Origin: an uncultured Thalassospiraceae bacterium
GTDB taxonomy: Bacteria; Pseudomonadota; Alphaproteobacteria; Rhodospirillales; 2-02-FULL-58-16
NCBI GenBank assembly: GCA_964632795.1
Contig: CAZWEZ010000002.1
Span: 28,702-92,701, forward strand
Direction: 5' to 3'
Length of the DNA: 64,000 nt
Positions 18,710 through 28,502 of this stretch are shown one piece after another (the stretch's first letter is position 1; each line of letters opens with the position of its first letter). The notes beneath the pieces are model-generated. The model was not told the DNA's origin. It made no database searches and saw nothing but the letters and a program-made list of their open reading frames with translations. The translations under genes and the position numbers were made by a program.

Positions 18710-18803
18710 CATCCTTCGACACGCGAGCTACGCTCGCTGCTCAGGATGAGGATTTTAATGACACCTCATCCTGAGCAGCCGCGAAGCGGCGTGTCGAAGG
18801 ATG
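18710..18803. repeat. REP-like long hairpin
   Basis: CATCCTTCGACACGC...GCTGCTCAGGATGAGG pairs with CCTCATCCTGAGCAGC...GCGTGTCGAAGGATG around a 12-nt loop. It lies between two convergent genes. Confidence 0.6.
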
Positions 18804-18835
18804 GATCGAATGAAGCGAATCAATCCGGACCTGGG

Positions 18836-20356
18836 TTAGGCGCCGTGGATTTCCCGGCGGCGGCGCTCGATGAAGGCCCGGAGTTCCTCGTCGACGGCGG
18901 GATCGAGCGCCGGCGCCCGGTAGTCCTCGAGCAGCCGCTTGACCAGGAGGTTGGCGTTCTCCGCCGTGCTCCGGGCGCCGTCGTCGCGCCAGCTTTCGAA
19001 GTCCCGCCAGTCCCACAGCATGGGCCGGTGGAAGGCGTTCCGGTAGCGCTCCAGCGTGTGGGGCGTCGCCAGGTGGTTGCCGCCCGGTCCCTGCCGGACC
19101 ATGGAGTCCATGGCCAGGGTCGCCTCGTCGACGGTGATCGGCTCGAGAAAATCGGCGATCATCCCCAGCGCCTCGGCGTCGATCACCACCTTCTCGAAGC
19201 TGGACGACAGGCTGCTCTCGATCCACCCCGCGGCGTGCAGGATCATGTTGGCGTGGCCCATCACCGCCCCCCACAGGGCGAACATGGATTCGTAACCGGC
19301 CTGGGCGTCGGGAGCGTTGGCGGTGGTGCAGCCCGCCGACCGGCAGGGCAGCCCGTAGCGCCGCGCCAACTGGCCGGCGGCCAGCGTCGCGCGCAGGGAT
19401 TCCGGGGTGCCGAAGGTCGGCGCCCCGCTCTTCATGTCGGCCGCCGCGTGGAAGGCGCCGTAGGCGCACGGGGCGCCCGGACGCAGGATCTGGATGTAGG
19501 CGACGACCGCCAGGATCTCGGCGTTCTGCTGGGCCAGGGCGCCGGCCAGGGTCACCGGCGCGCTCACCCCGGAGAGGGTGAACGGGGTCACGATCACCGC
19601 CTGGCCGCGGGTCGTCATCTCCTTGAGTCCCTGGAGCATGGTGCCGTCGATGCGCAACGGCGAGGTGGTGTTGACCACCGTGAACAGGCCGGGCCGCTCC
19701 ATCAGGTCGTCGCCGCTCCAGCCGGTGGCGATGGTCAGCATGGCGATGGCGTCGGCGATCCGCTCCCGCCCCAGCGCATAGGGGTGCCAGACCTTGTCGG
19801 TCAGCGCGATGTAGCCGTAGTGGCAGTCGAGGTGCCGGGATTCGGGGGCCACGTCCTGGGGCTCCACCGGATAGCCGCCGATCATGTGGATCACGTTCAG
19901 GCTCTGGTGCAGCTTGAGGAAGCGGTTGTAATCGGCCAGCGTCCCCGGCCGCCGGCCGCCGTCGAGGTCGGTGCAGTTGGGGGCGCTGGCCGCCGAGCAG
20001 AAGTTGACCCGGGTGCCGCCCAGCGTCACCGTATGGTCCGGGTTGCGGGCGTGCAAGGTGAACTCGGCGGGCGCCCGGGCCACCGCTTCCAGGACCATGT
20101 CCCTGTCGAAGCGCACCCGGGGGCCGTCGGCCTCGACCTCGGCGCCCGCCGCCTCGAGGGTCCGCCGTGCCTCAGCGTCGAGGAAGTCGATGCCGACCGT
20201 CTCCAGCAGGTCCAGCGAGGCGTCGTGGATCGCCTCGAGCTGGTCGGCGTCCAGCACCTCGATCGGCGGGTACGGGTTGCGCAGGCTCCGCCACCGAGGC
20301 TGCGCGACTCCTTCGGTCCCGGGCTTCGCCCGCTTACGGCCTGTTCGCGCCATCAA
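18836..20356 (-). CDS. MttB-superfamily (trimethylamine methyltransferase-like, non-Pyl) protein 2
   Basis: A 506-aa paralog of 13429..14961 with the same family blocks (VGIDFLDAEARRTLEAAGAEV, PFTLSGVSAPVTLAGAL, ILHAAGWIESS). There is no in-frame amber codon. Confidence 0.85.
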   Translation of the reverse strand: MMARTGRKRAKPGTEGVAQPRWRSLRNPYPPIEVLDADQLEAIHDASLDLLETVGIDFLDAEARRTLEAAGAEVEADGPRVRFDRDMVLEAVARAPAEFTLHARNPDHTVTLGGTRVNFCSAASAPNCTDLDGGRRPGTLADYNRFLKLHQSLNVIHMIGGYPVEPQDVAPESRHLDCHYGYIALTDKVWHPYALGRERIADAIAMLTIATGWSGDDLMERPGLFTVVNTTSPLRIDGTMLQGLKEMTTRGQAVIVTPFTLSGVSAPVTLAGALAQQNAEILAVVAYIQILRPGAPCAYGAFHAAADMKSGAPTFGTPESLRATLAAGQLARRYGLPCRSAGCTTANAPDAQAGYESMFALWGAVMGHANMILHAAGWIESSLSSSFEKVVIDAEALGMIADFLEPITVDEATLAMDSMVRQGPGGNHLATPHTLERYRNAFHRPMLWDWRDFESWRDDGARSTAENANLLVKRLLEDYRAPALDPAVDEELRAFIERRRREIHGA

Positions 20357-20424
20357 CGCCTCCTTGTCCCTTCGATTTCCGACGACAACAGTTTATTCTT
20401 AACATCCTTGGTGGAGAAGAAACG

Positions 20425-21819
20425 ATGAAAACGGAGCAGCCGCTCAAACAACGCCCGCCGTTGACCGACTACCCCCACGTCACCGGGATTCCGACCTCGG
20501 CGAGGTACGTGGTGGTCGGCGCCGGGGTCCACGGGCTGAGCACCGCCTGGCACCTGGCGATGGAGCTGGAGGCGCGCGGCACCGGGAGCGGCGCCGACAT
20601 CGTGCTGATCGACAAGTCCGGCCCCGGCCACGGCGCCACCGGCATCGCCTGCGGCTGCGTGCGCAACTTCTACATGACCGAGCCCCTGCACGCTATCCTG
20701 CGCCATTCGGTGGACGTGTGGATGAGCGACCCCATCAACTTCGGCTTCCAGCAGGTCGGCTACATCTCGTGCGGCGAGGACAACCAGGCCGAGGAATACG
20801 CCAAGGTCCACGAGAGCCAGAACGCCGTCGGCTACCACTCCGACCTCTATTACGGCAAGGACGCCCACCGTCTGCTCAAGGGCCTGTGGCCCGACTTCAA
20901 GACCGACCGGGTCGGGGTGGTGCTGCACGAAAAGGTCAGCGGCTACGCCGGCACCCTGCAGATGGTCGACGGCTTCGCCCGCAAGTGCAAGCGCCACGAC
21001 GTGCAATGCCTGTGGGGGGTCGAGGTGATCGGCTACGACATCACCTCGGGCCGGGTCGCCAAGGTCCACACCGACCTCGGCGACATCGCCTGCGAGGCGG
21101 TGGTGATCGGCGTCGGGGCGTGGACGCCCGCCCACTGGCGGATGCTCGGCCAGCCGATGACGCTGGATGTGCGCTACCCCGACGGCGAGACGCTGGCCGA
21201 CCAGGACATGTGGACCTTCTGGCGCCTGCTCGAGGGCGACGTGCTGCTCGACGAACCCTACCGCGACGCCCGCGACCTGGACCCGCCGGTGCTCCATGTC
21301 GAGCTGATGAACACCCCGGTCCACGACCCCGTAAGCGGCCGCCAGCTGGCCGACCATACCTACGTCTACTGGAAGAACGCCTCGGAGCGCCTGCGCGACC
21401 GCTACGGCGTCCAGGGCGGCACCATCCCGATCAAGATCGGTCCCGAGGCGGCGGTCGAGCCCTACGGCCACGCCAACCGCCAGTACTGGGCCGAGGCCGG
21501 GTTCGCCGACTACTACACCGCCGCCCTGGGCCAGTTGATGGGCCGCTTCGAGGGCTGCCGGGGACGCTTCAACAAACGCCCCAACGGCGGCATCGGCGCC
21601 TTCACGCCCGACAACGTGCCGGTTTTCGACTGGGTGCTGCCCAACGCCTACCTGATCGCCGACAGCAACCACGGCTTCAAGATGACCGGGGTGGGCAAAC
21701 TGGTCGCCCAACTCCTGGCCACCGGCCGAACCCCTCAAGAGCTCAAACCCTTCGCGCTGGACCGCTTCGCCAAGGGCAACACCTTCGGCGAGCGGAATTC
21801 ACGGTGCCCGTGGGTTTAG
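20425..21819 (+). CDS. FAD-dependent oxidoreductase (DAO family, sarcosine/dimethylglycine oxidase-like)
   Basis: A 464-aa product from ATG 20425 inside track ORF 20167..21819. It has the dinucleotide-binding motif YVVVGAGVHGLSTAWHLA. It is divergent from MttB paralog 2. Confidence 0.8.
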   Translation: MKTEQPLKQRPPLTDYPHVTGIPTSARYVVVGAGVHGLSTAWHLAMELEARGTGSGADIVLIDKSGPGHGATGIACGCVRNFYMTEPLHAILRHSVDVWMSDPINFGFQQVGYISCGEDNQAEEYAKVHESQNAVGYHSDLYYGKDAHRLLKGLWPDFKTDRVGVVLHEKVSGYAGTLQMVDGFARKCKRHDVQCLWGVEVIGYDITSGRVAKVHTDLGDIACEAVVIGVGAWTPAHWRMLGQPMTLDVRYPDGETLADQDMWTFWRLLEGDVLLDEPYRDARDLDPPVLHVELMNTPVHDPVSGRQLADHTYVYWKNASERLRDRYGVQGGTIPIKIGPEAAVEPYGHANRQYWAEAGFADYYTAALGQLMGRFEGCRGRFNKRPNGGIGAFTPDNVPVFDWVLPNAYLIADSNHGFKMTGVGKLVAQLLATGRTPQELKPFALDRFAKGNTFGERNSRCPWV

Positions 21820-22279
21820 GGGGGCGTAAGGGACAGGCTCATCTATTTTCGGAGTATGCGCGCCTCATCGAGCGATCCCGGCAACCAACGTGATTTTGGC
21901 AAGCGCGGCGAGGCAAACTCCTGGGCTTGGAATGTCGGCTTGTCGTTCCAAAGCGGCGGTCAAATGGCATCGGTTCTGAATACGGCTGTTAGCCACGAGG
22001 AGACATTGGCTGGTCAGACGACTGTGGGGGGAATCCCATTTCTGTAGCGGTGCCGTAATGGTATGATCGGTATGGATTTGAAGGCTATCTGGGAAATGTC
22101 GGCTAATATCTTTGGGAAGATTGGGTTCAATGCCCGTCGGAAGCGTCGGGTAGGACTGTGGCTTGTTTTCGCCACAGACCGCAAACCCGCCCATATCGGG
22201 GAAAAGATTGCCATTGAGTGACCGCGCCCAAGCAGTAGGCGGCGCGCCGCCCGACCCGCAAGGCGAAGGAGCGCATCGC

Positions 22280-23101
22280 ATGAAGGAGGACGTCACCTAC
22301 ATCGAGCGACCCAACCGTCCGCTGCACATCTACGCGATCCTGTTTCTTGCGTTCCTGTATATTCCGGTGCTGTTCCTGCCGTTGTTTTCCTTCAACGACT
22401 CCATCTACGTCGCCTTTCCGATCAAGAGCTTCACCACCAAGTGGTACATATACATGTTCAACAACGAGCCGATACTGGCTGCGTTGATGAACAGCCTCAA
22501 GGTGGGCGCGGCGACCTCGGTGTTCGCCACCATCCTGGGAGTCTTCGCCGCCAAGGCGGTGACCCGCTACCGGATGCCGGGCAAGAAGCCGGTCGTCTTC
22601 GTGATCATGCTGCCGCTGGTGATCCCCGGCATCATCCTTGGTGTCGCGTTGCTGATCCTGATGAGCCGGCTCGGGGTCCCGCTGTCGCTGTACACGGTCA
22701 CCATGGGCCATGTCCTGATCAGCGTTCCGTTCGCCATAGCGACCCTGATCACGCGCTTCGAGGGCTTCGACAAATCGATGGAGGAGGCGTCCGCCGACCT
22801 CGGCGAGAATGCGTGGTGGACGTTCTGGCGGGTGACTTTTCCGATGGTGTTCCCGGGCGTCCTGGCGAGCCTGCTGCTCACCTTCACGATCTCGTTCGAC
22901 GAGTTCATCATGGCCTTCTTCCTGTCCGGCACCGAGCCCACGCTGCCGATCGCCATCTGGACTCAGTTGCGGTTCCCGGATGAACTGCCGGGTGTGCTGG
23001 CGCTCGGCTCGTGCATCCTGGTGGTTTCCTTCATCGTGGTGTTCATCTCGCAGTGGCTCCGGGGCCGCGGAGTCCCGACCAAGACCTTAAGCGGAGTGTA
23101 A
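22280..23101 (+). CDS. ABC transporter permease (PotC/spermidine-putrescine-type), orphan
   Basis: A 273-aa product from ATG 22280. It has six hydrophobic segments and an EAA-like loop (EEASADLGENAWWTFWRVTFP). No ATPase, second permease or binding-protein gene is adjacent. Confidence 0.8.
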   Translation: MKEDVTYIERPNRPLHIYAILFLAFLYIPVLFLPLFSFNDSIYVAFPIKSFTTKWYIYMFNNEPILAALMNSLKVGAATSVFATILGVFAAKAVTRYRMPGKKPVVFVIMLPLVIPGIILGVALLILMSRLGVPLSLYTVTMGHVLISVPFAIATLITRFEGFDKSMEEASADLGENAWWTFWRVTFPMVFPGVLASLLLTFTISFDEFIMAFFLSGTEPTLPIAIWTQLRFPDELPGVLALGSCILVVSFIVVFISQWLRGRGVPTKTLSGV

Positions 23102-23641
23102 CCATGGCCCAAGACGACTCATGGCAGATATCCCAGGTTTACAGGCATGAAGGCGGCATGACGCCCTACCGTCGAATGATGGACGTTCGCTAGGGCTGTT
23201 TTCAGTGGTCTGTGGTAGCCTGTTACCGCCGCTGATAGCCAGTTCCGGAAGTTCGTGATGCCGCTCTCCGATCCCGACGGAGAGCGGCATATGAAATCGA
23301 GAAGTTGGAAAACGAAGCCTTCCGGGGCCGTTCCCGGACCTCGCTCATCAGGTAATCTCGAAAATTACGGAAATCATAAAGTCGAAGTGTGATCCGTGCA
23401 GGATCATGCGGAATGGCACTATTGTGGTGTCCGTAGCAGCGTATGGCGCTGGCCCGAGGCGGTGTGTTCAGGCGATGTCGGGTACCGGATTGTAGGGAAA
23501 TGCACTGCGCCGGCCATCGTAGGCTAGGTGGTGACCCGCTTCTCCACGTATTCGGAAAAGATTCTGGGTGAACTCGGGTTGCTCACGGTCGAGTTCTATG
23601 ATCCGGGATTTGAACGAAGGCTTCGGCGATGGCAGGCACAA

Positions 23642-25654
23642 TCACCCGTTGCCGCCGCCCAAAAGCACCAGGGTGGGTCCGGTAAGGCACGCCGGCGGGG
23701 CGCCGCCGCCGGTCAGATCAATCCAGCGTCCAACATCACGAGGCGGCGCGTTGGGCAGTTCCGCCGGGTCGAGATCGGCGGCCGGCAGCAGCAACGCGCC
23801 TGCCCCGTCCAAACCCCGCAATTCCACGACACGGCCCTTATCGCCTTCGCTTATCTCGCCGATGTCGCAGCCGCCGATCAGGGCGGCGTGAAGGTGGCGG
23901 ACGATGCGGGAGCCATCGAGTGGATTGTAGAGCCGGTCGACCAGGCCACCGCTGAAGTAATAACCACGGTCGATGCCGGTGAAGTTGTCGAGGAACACCG
24001 CGACATCGTCATGACTCATGGCCGCCACCACCGATTCGGCAATCCGGTTGGCGTCGTGACGAGCGGTTTCCTCCGCGTCCAAGGGCCTGCGGTGGGCGAA
24101 CTGCACATGGACGGCCGCCTTGACGCCCAGCCCCGCGACGCTGCGCCGGGCGGCGGCGGTGGCCGAGGCCGGCGCGTCCCGCCAGCCGACGCCGAAGACC
24201 ATGCCGTCGATGGCGTCGCGCGCGCCGTCGACGGCAAGAAACGCCTCGACCGCGCCGCGCTCGTCGGCATCGAGGCCGTGACTGCTGCTGAATGCCTCGA
24301 CGTCGATGCGGTAGGCGTTGAAGTACACCTGTAGATCGCCCTTCAACGCCGCGACATCGGCGAGCAATGCGCCCGCCGTGGTGATTGGGGCGATGACCTC
24401 CCAGGCCGCCAGAATGTTGCCGTGGGCCGCCAGGGCATCGGCCGCCGCTCCCCGGGGGAGGCCGAAGGAATACGCGGTGAAACGATGGCCGAGGATGGCG
24501 AGTTCGGCCATCCGCGCCCGGGTTTCAGGGTCGGCGAGGTCGTCGAGCGGCACCCGCAGATCCCGTATGCCCATCTCCCACAACGCCAGGAGAGGATAGT
24601 CGTTGCGGATGCGCTTGCGGCTGAAGGCGTCGATTCCCCAGGGCGTGGGTATGTCGGCGCTGTCGCACCACGGCTGGCGGAGATAGAGCCCGATGCCATG
24701 GCCGTTCGGTCCCAGGCCATGGACTCGCGGCAACTCGATAGACTGGACAGGCGGGGAGTCCCCGGCCTCGAGCGACCGGCCATGGGTGCGGATGATGTGG
24801 TTGAGGTGGCCTTCCCCATGGACCTCGACGACCGCGTAGCCCAGCTTGGCGCCGTCGTGCCGACCCTGCTTCATGCCCGGCGCGACGCGGAACAGCTCGT
24901 GGTAATCGTGACGCAGGAAACAGAAGGATGGCAGCACGTAGCAGTTCGTCGCCCCGTGGCGATTGAAGAAGAAGTTGTGGACGTGGCCGGCGTAATAGGC
25001 CTCGACGCCATGGCGATCGAGCAATTCCAGCATCCACGACCGGCCCGGCTCGTCGGTGGCGTCGTAGTGGTCGGGCTCGCCGGCGCGGGAGAGATAGAGC
25101 GGATAGTGCGAGAACATGAAGACGCGCCGCCCATGGTTGGCTTCGAGCAAGCCTTCGAGCCATTGCCGTTGCCGGTCATCGCAGGCCAGGCCCGAATTGA
25201 CAATCATGCCGTTCAGCACCACGAACAGGCAATCCTGGTGTTCGAAGGAATAGTACTGCGACCGAAAATGCCGTTCGTACTCGGCGACCATGTCGTCGTT
25301 GACGGTTCCCCGCGCCTGCCGGTTGGCGGGGGGGTCGGCGGCAAACGCCTTCTCGCCAACATCGTGGTTGCCGGCCACCAGATGGAGCGGACATTCCAGG
25401 TCCGCGTAGATCCGGCGGAAGCGCTCCGCCGAATCCCCGTAGACCGGGGAGCCGGGTACGGGATGGGTGATGTCGCCGAGATGGACGACGAAATCGGGCC
25501 CCATGTGGTTAAGCTGATGGATCACATGGCGCGACCGCGCCGCCTCCAGCTTCGCGGTGTCGATGTCGAAGCCGCTGATGGCAGTGGCTTCAGCTTCGGT
25601 GACGTGGGTATCGGCGATGATGGCGAAAGTAAAGAGATGCTCTCCGGTGACCAT
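23642..25654 (-). CDS. Calcineurin-like metallophosphoesterase with a long unassigned C-terminal region
   Basis: The N-terminal motifs DTH, GDITH, GNHD and GHVH occur in canonical order. The start was set at ATG 25654 (MVTGEHLF), 5 nt after the ggt stop. The last ~380 aa has no motif I recognise. Confidence 0.7.
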   Translation of the reverse strand: MVTGEHLFTFAIIADTHVTEAEATAISGFDIDTAKLEAARSRHVIHQLNHMGPDFVVHLGDITHPVPGSPVYGDSAERFRRIYADLECPLHLVAGNHDVGEKAFAADPPANRQARGTVNDDMVAEYERHFRSQYYSFEHQDCLFVVLNGMIVNSGLACDDRQRQWLEGLLEANHGRRVFMFSHYPLYLSRAGEPDHYDATDEPGRSWMLELLDRHGVEAYYAGHVHNFFFNRHGATNCYVLPSFCFLRHDYHELFRVAPGMKQGRHDGAKLGYAVVEVHGEGHLNHIIRTHGRSLEAGDSPPVQSIELPRVHGLGPNGHGIGLYLRQPWCDSADIPTPWGIDAFSRKRIRNDYPLLALWEMGIRDLRVPLDDLADPETRARMAELAILGHRFTAYSFGLPRGAAADALAAHGNILAAWEVIAPITTAGALLADVAALKGDLQVYFNAYRIDVEAFSSSHGLDADERGAVEAFLAVDGARDAIDGMVFGVGWRDAPASATAAARRSVAGLGVKAAVHVQFAHRRPLDAEETARHDANRIAESVVAAMSHDDVAVFLDNFTGIDRGYYFSGGLVDRLYNPLDGSRIVRHLHAALIGGCDIGEISEGDKGRVVELRGLDGAGALLLPAADLDPAELPNAPPRDVGRWIDLTGGGAPPACLTGPTLVLLGGGNG

Positions 25655-25659
25655 GTGTC

Positions 25660-27471
25660 TCAACGTCCCGCGGCGTAGCATTGCATGAAGCGCGGGCTGG
25701 CGCCGGCCTTGAGCAGGCCGCCCTCGCGTGTCGCGGCGGTAACGTAGCCAAGGCTGTAGTCTTCGTAGACGTCGATCGCGTGCCCGCGCTTGGCCAACGC
25801 GGCGATGGTGTCGTCACCGAAGCGGTGCTCGACCGCCAGATGGCCGGGAACGCACTCGCGCGGGTAGAACGAACTCGGCGCGTGGCGGGTGTGGAACTCG
25901 GGCGCGTCGATCGCCTCCTGCAGGTTGAGGCCGAAGTGAACGTGGCGCAGGAAGGCGTGCAACGCCCATTGGTCCTGCTGGTCGCCGCCCGGCGTGCCGA
26001 ACACCATGTAGGGCTCGCCGTTCTTGAGGGCGAGCCCCGGCGTGAGCGTCGTGCGCGGCCGCTTGCCCGGCGCCAGGACGGTCGGTGAATCCTCGTCGAG
26101 GCTGAACATCTGGCCGCGCGCCGACAGCGCGAAGCCGAGCCCCGGCACCACCGGCGAGCCGCTCAACCAGCCGCCGCTCACCGTCCCCGAGATCATGTTG
26201 CCGTGGCGGTCGATGATGTCGAAGTGGGTGGTGTCGCCGTGCAACGCGCCGGCTCCGGCAATGGCGCGCTCGAGGTGATGGAGCGGGTACGGGCCGCCGA
26301 AGTCGAGCGCCTCGGAATGGGCAATGTCCGGGGTCGAGCCCTTGGGCCGAATGCTGATCGGGCCGCCGTAACCGGGCACCGTCCCGGGCCTCAGTTCGTG
26401 GGACGCCTCGTCCGTGACCAGTTTGCGGCGCTCGGCGTTGTAGTCGTCGCCGAGCAGCGTATCGAAGGGAACATCGACGAAATCCGGATCGCCGTAGAAC
26501 GCCTCGCGGTCGGCGAGAGCGAGCTTGGTGCATTCGACGACGGTATGCACGAACTCGGCGCTTGCCGGCGCCATCGCCGCGAGGTCGAAGCCCTCGAGCA
26601 GCGCGAGCTGTTGCAGCGCCACCGGTCCCTGTCCCCAGGGCCCCGTCTTGCACACCGTGTAGCCGTGATAATCGTAGGTCAGCGGGTCCTCGATCGCCGC
26701 CCGCCAGCGCGCCAGATCGTCGCCGGTGAGGAATCCGCGATGGCGACGGCCGGTGGTGTCGATGACCTCCGTCTCGCGGCAGAAACGATCGATAGCCTCG
26801 GCGACAAAGCCCTCGTACCAGGCGCGCCGCGCCACCTCGATCTGCGCCTTGCGGTCGCCGCCCGTGGCCTCAGCTTCATGGACGACGCGTTCGAAGGTGT
26901 CGGCCACGGCCGTGGTGCGGAACAGCTTGCCCGGCGCCGGCACCGCCCCGCCGGGAAGGAAGACCTCGGCCGACGATGTCCACTCGGTCTCGAACAGGGG
27001 TTTTACGACGGCGATCGACTCGCTCACCCGCGGGGTCACGGCGAAGCCGTCGCGCGCATAGCCGATGGCGGGCGCCATGACGTCACGAAGCGGCATGCTG
27101 CCGTACTCGCTCAACAGCAGCATCCAGGCACCGAACGATCCCGGCACCACCGCCGACAAGAGCCCGATGCCTGGAATCACGTCGAGGCCGAGATCGCGGT
27201 ACGCCGAGACCGTTGCCCCGGCCGGCGCCGAGCCCTGGCCGCAGATCACCTTCACCTCGTCGAGTTGAGCGCAGTAGAGGATTAGCGGCACGTCGCCGCC
27301 GGGGCCGTTCTGGTCGGGCTCGAGGATGTGGAGCGAGAGTCCGGTAGCGACCGCCGCGTCGAAGGCATTGCCGCCTTTTTCGAGCATCGCCATGCCGGCC
27401 GCGGTGGCCAGCCAGTGGGTCGAGGCGACGACGCCGAAGGTGCCGACGATCTCGGGGCGGGTGGTAAACAT
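25660..27471 (-). CDS. ggt: Gamma-glutamyltransferase family protein
   Basis: A 603-aa product with STHWLATAAGMAMLEKGGNAFDAAVA at the N-terminus. The autoprocessing-site context DTTHFDIIDRHGN is typical of GGT. Confidence 0.85.
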   Translation of the reverse strand: MFTTRPEIVGTFGVVASTHWLATAAGMAMLEKGGNAFDAAVATGLSLHILEPDQNGPGGDVPLILYCAQLDEVKVICGQGSAPAGATVSAYRDLGLDVIPGIGLLSAVVPGSFGAWMLLLSEYGSMPLRDVMAPAIGYARDGFAVTPRVSESIAVVKPLFETEWTSSAEVFLPGGAVPAPGKLFRTTAVADTFERVVHEAEATGGDRKAQIEVARRAWYEGFVAEAIDRFCRETEVIDTTGRRHRGFLTGDDLARWRAAIEDPLTYDYHGYTVCKTGPWGQGPVALQQLALLEGFDLAAMAPASAEFVHTVVECTKLALADREAFYGDPDFVDVPFDTLLGDDYNAERRKLVTDEASHELRPGTVPGYGGPISIRPKGSTPDIAHSEALDFGGPYPLHHLERAIAGAGALHGDTTHFDIIDRHGNMISGTVSGGWLSGSPVVPGLGFALSARGQMFSLDEDSPTVLAPGKRPRTTLTPGLALKNGEPYMVFGTPGGDQQDQWALHAFLRHVHFGLNLQEAIDAPEFHTRHAPSSFYPRECVPGHLAVEHRFGDDTIAALAKRGHAIDVYEDYSLGYVTAATREGGLLKAGASPRFMQCYAAGR

Positions 27472-27780
27472 CGGTTGCGCTCCTTGTCTCGGCGGCGGGT
27501 CGAGGCTCTCTGTCCGAGCGCCTCAGCCTAGCGTCGGCAAGGTTCGCCGAAAAGCAAATTTCCTGACAGTGGGTTACAGGTCCCGGATCGGCGCCCTACA
27601 GGAGCAAGAACACCGTTACCAGCACGTTGTATCGAAGGGCGAGCAGTATATAACCCCGGCCACTCAGCAATGCCTCCAAAGACCGCTTGGGGTCAAAAGC
27701 AGCGGTCGGCGCCCCCTCCATGGCGAGTCCGCAGTCAGAGGTCAAGCTGACGAAACTCGGCGATTGACGAGCCTGCTATT

Positions 27781-27796
27781 AATTGCTATAGCAATT
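27781..27796. promoter_or_regulatory. Perfect 16-bp palindrome AATTGCTATAGCAATT, candidate MarR operator
   Basis: It lies immediately upstream of the MarR gene: 7 bp before ATG 27803 and 55 bp before ATG 27851. Confidence 0.45.
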
Positions 27797-27802
27797 GTTG
27801 TC

Positions 27803-28291
27803 ATGCAACGTTTCGCCGAGAATGACAGTCGGCGGGGGCACGGGCGGATCATGTTCCGGCGCCGCGACAGCGTCGGCCATCTGGTCGCCATGGCCCGCCG
27901 GCTGCTGGCCCGGGCCCTTCACACGCGGACCATCCGCCACGGCGTGCCGATCGGCCAGTGGTCGGTGCTGGTCGTGCTGTGGGAGGAGGACGGCCTGGCC
28001 CAGAACGAGCTCGCGCGGCGGGCCGCCATCGCGCCGCCGACCCTGGCCCGGACCCTCGAGCGGATGGAGCGCGACGGGGTCGTCGAGCGGCTCCGCAACC
28101 GCGACGACCGGCGGCGCGTCGACGTCTTCCTGAGCGGCCGCGGCCATGCGCTGCGCGACGTCTTGGTGCCCGAGGCGATCGAGGTCGGGCGCCTCGCCAC
28201 CGCGGGCCTGGACGACGGCGAGCGGGCCCAGCTGCGCGACCTGCTCGAACGGCTGATCGCCAACCTGGAGGGGCCGTCCGAGCCCGCTTGA
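27803..28291 (+). CDS. MarR family transcriptional regulator
   Basis: Has the winged-helix text LAQNELARRAAIAPPTLARTLERMERDGVVERLRNRDDRRRVDVFLS. ATG at 27851 is an alternative start. It corresponds to the last part of track ORF 27326..28291. Confidence 0.85.
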   Translation: MQRFAENDSRRGHGRIMFRRRDSVGHLVAMARRLLARALHTRTIRHGVPIGQWSVLVVLWEEDGLAQNELARRAAIAPPTLARTLERMERDGVVERLRNRDDRRRVDVFLSGRGHALRDVLVPEAIEVGRLATAGLDDGERAQLRDLLERLIANLEGPSEPA

Positions 28292-28449
28292 TACCAGCGG
28301 TCCTTATTCCTGACCCCATGTGATCGCTTTTCCCGTCCTCTCGGGGCGTCGGAACCGCTCGCCGATGCGCCGCATCGCCTTCGCGCCCCCTCCTGCCGAG
28401 AGGACGGGAAAAGCGATCACATGGGGTCAGGAATAAGGACCGCTGGTAT
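28291..28449. mobile_element. MITE-like palindromic element (54-bp perfect arms, 51-bp centre)
   Basis: The arm at 28291-28344 (ATACCAGCGGTCCTTATTCCTGACCCCATGTGATCGCTTTTCCCGTCCTCTCGG) is the exact reverse complement of 28396-28449. The ends can be read as CCAGCGG... arms flanked by TA on each side. It has no coding capacity. Confidence 0.6.
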
Positions 28450-28502
28450 AACCCCGGCCCGGCCATGCGCCCGGAGCAGGGCTGGGTTGAGCGGAACGTA
28501 TA

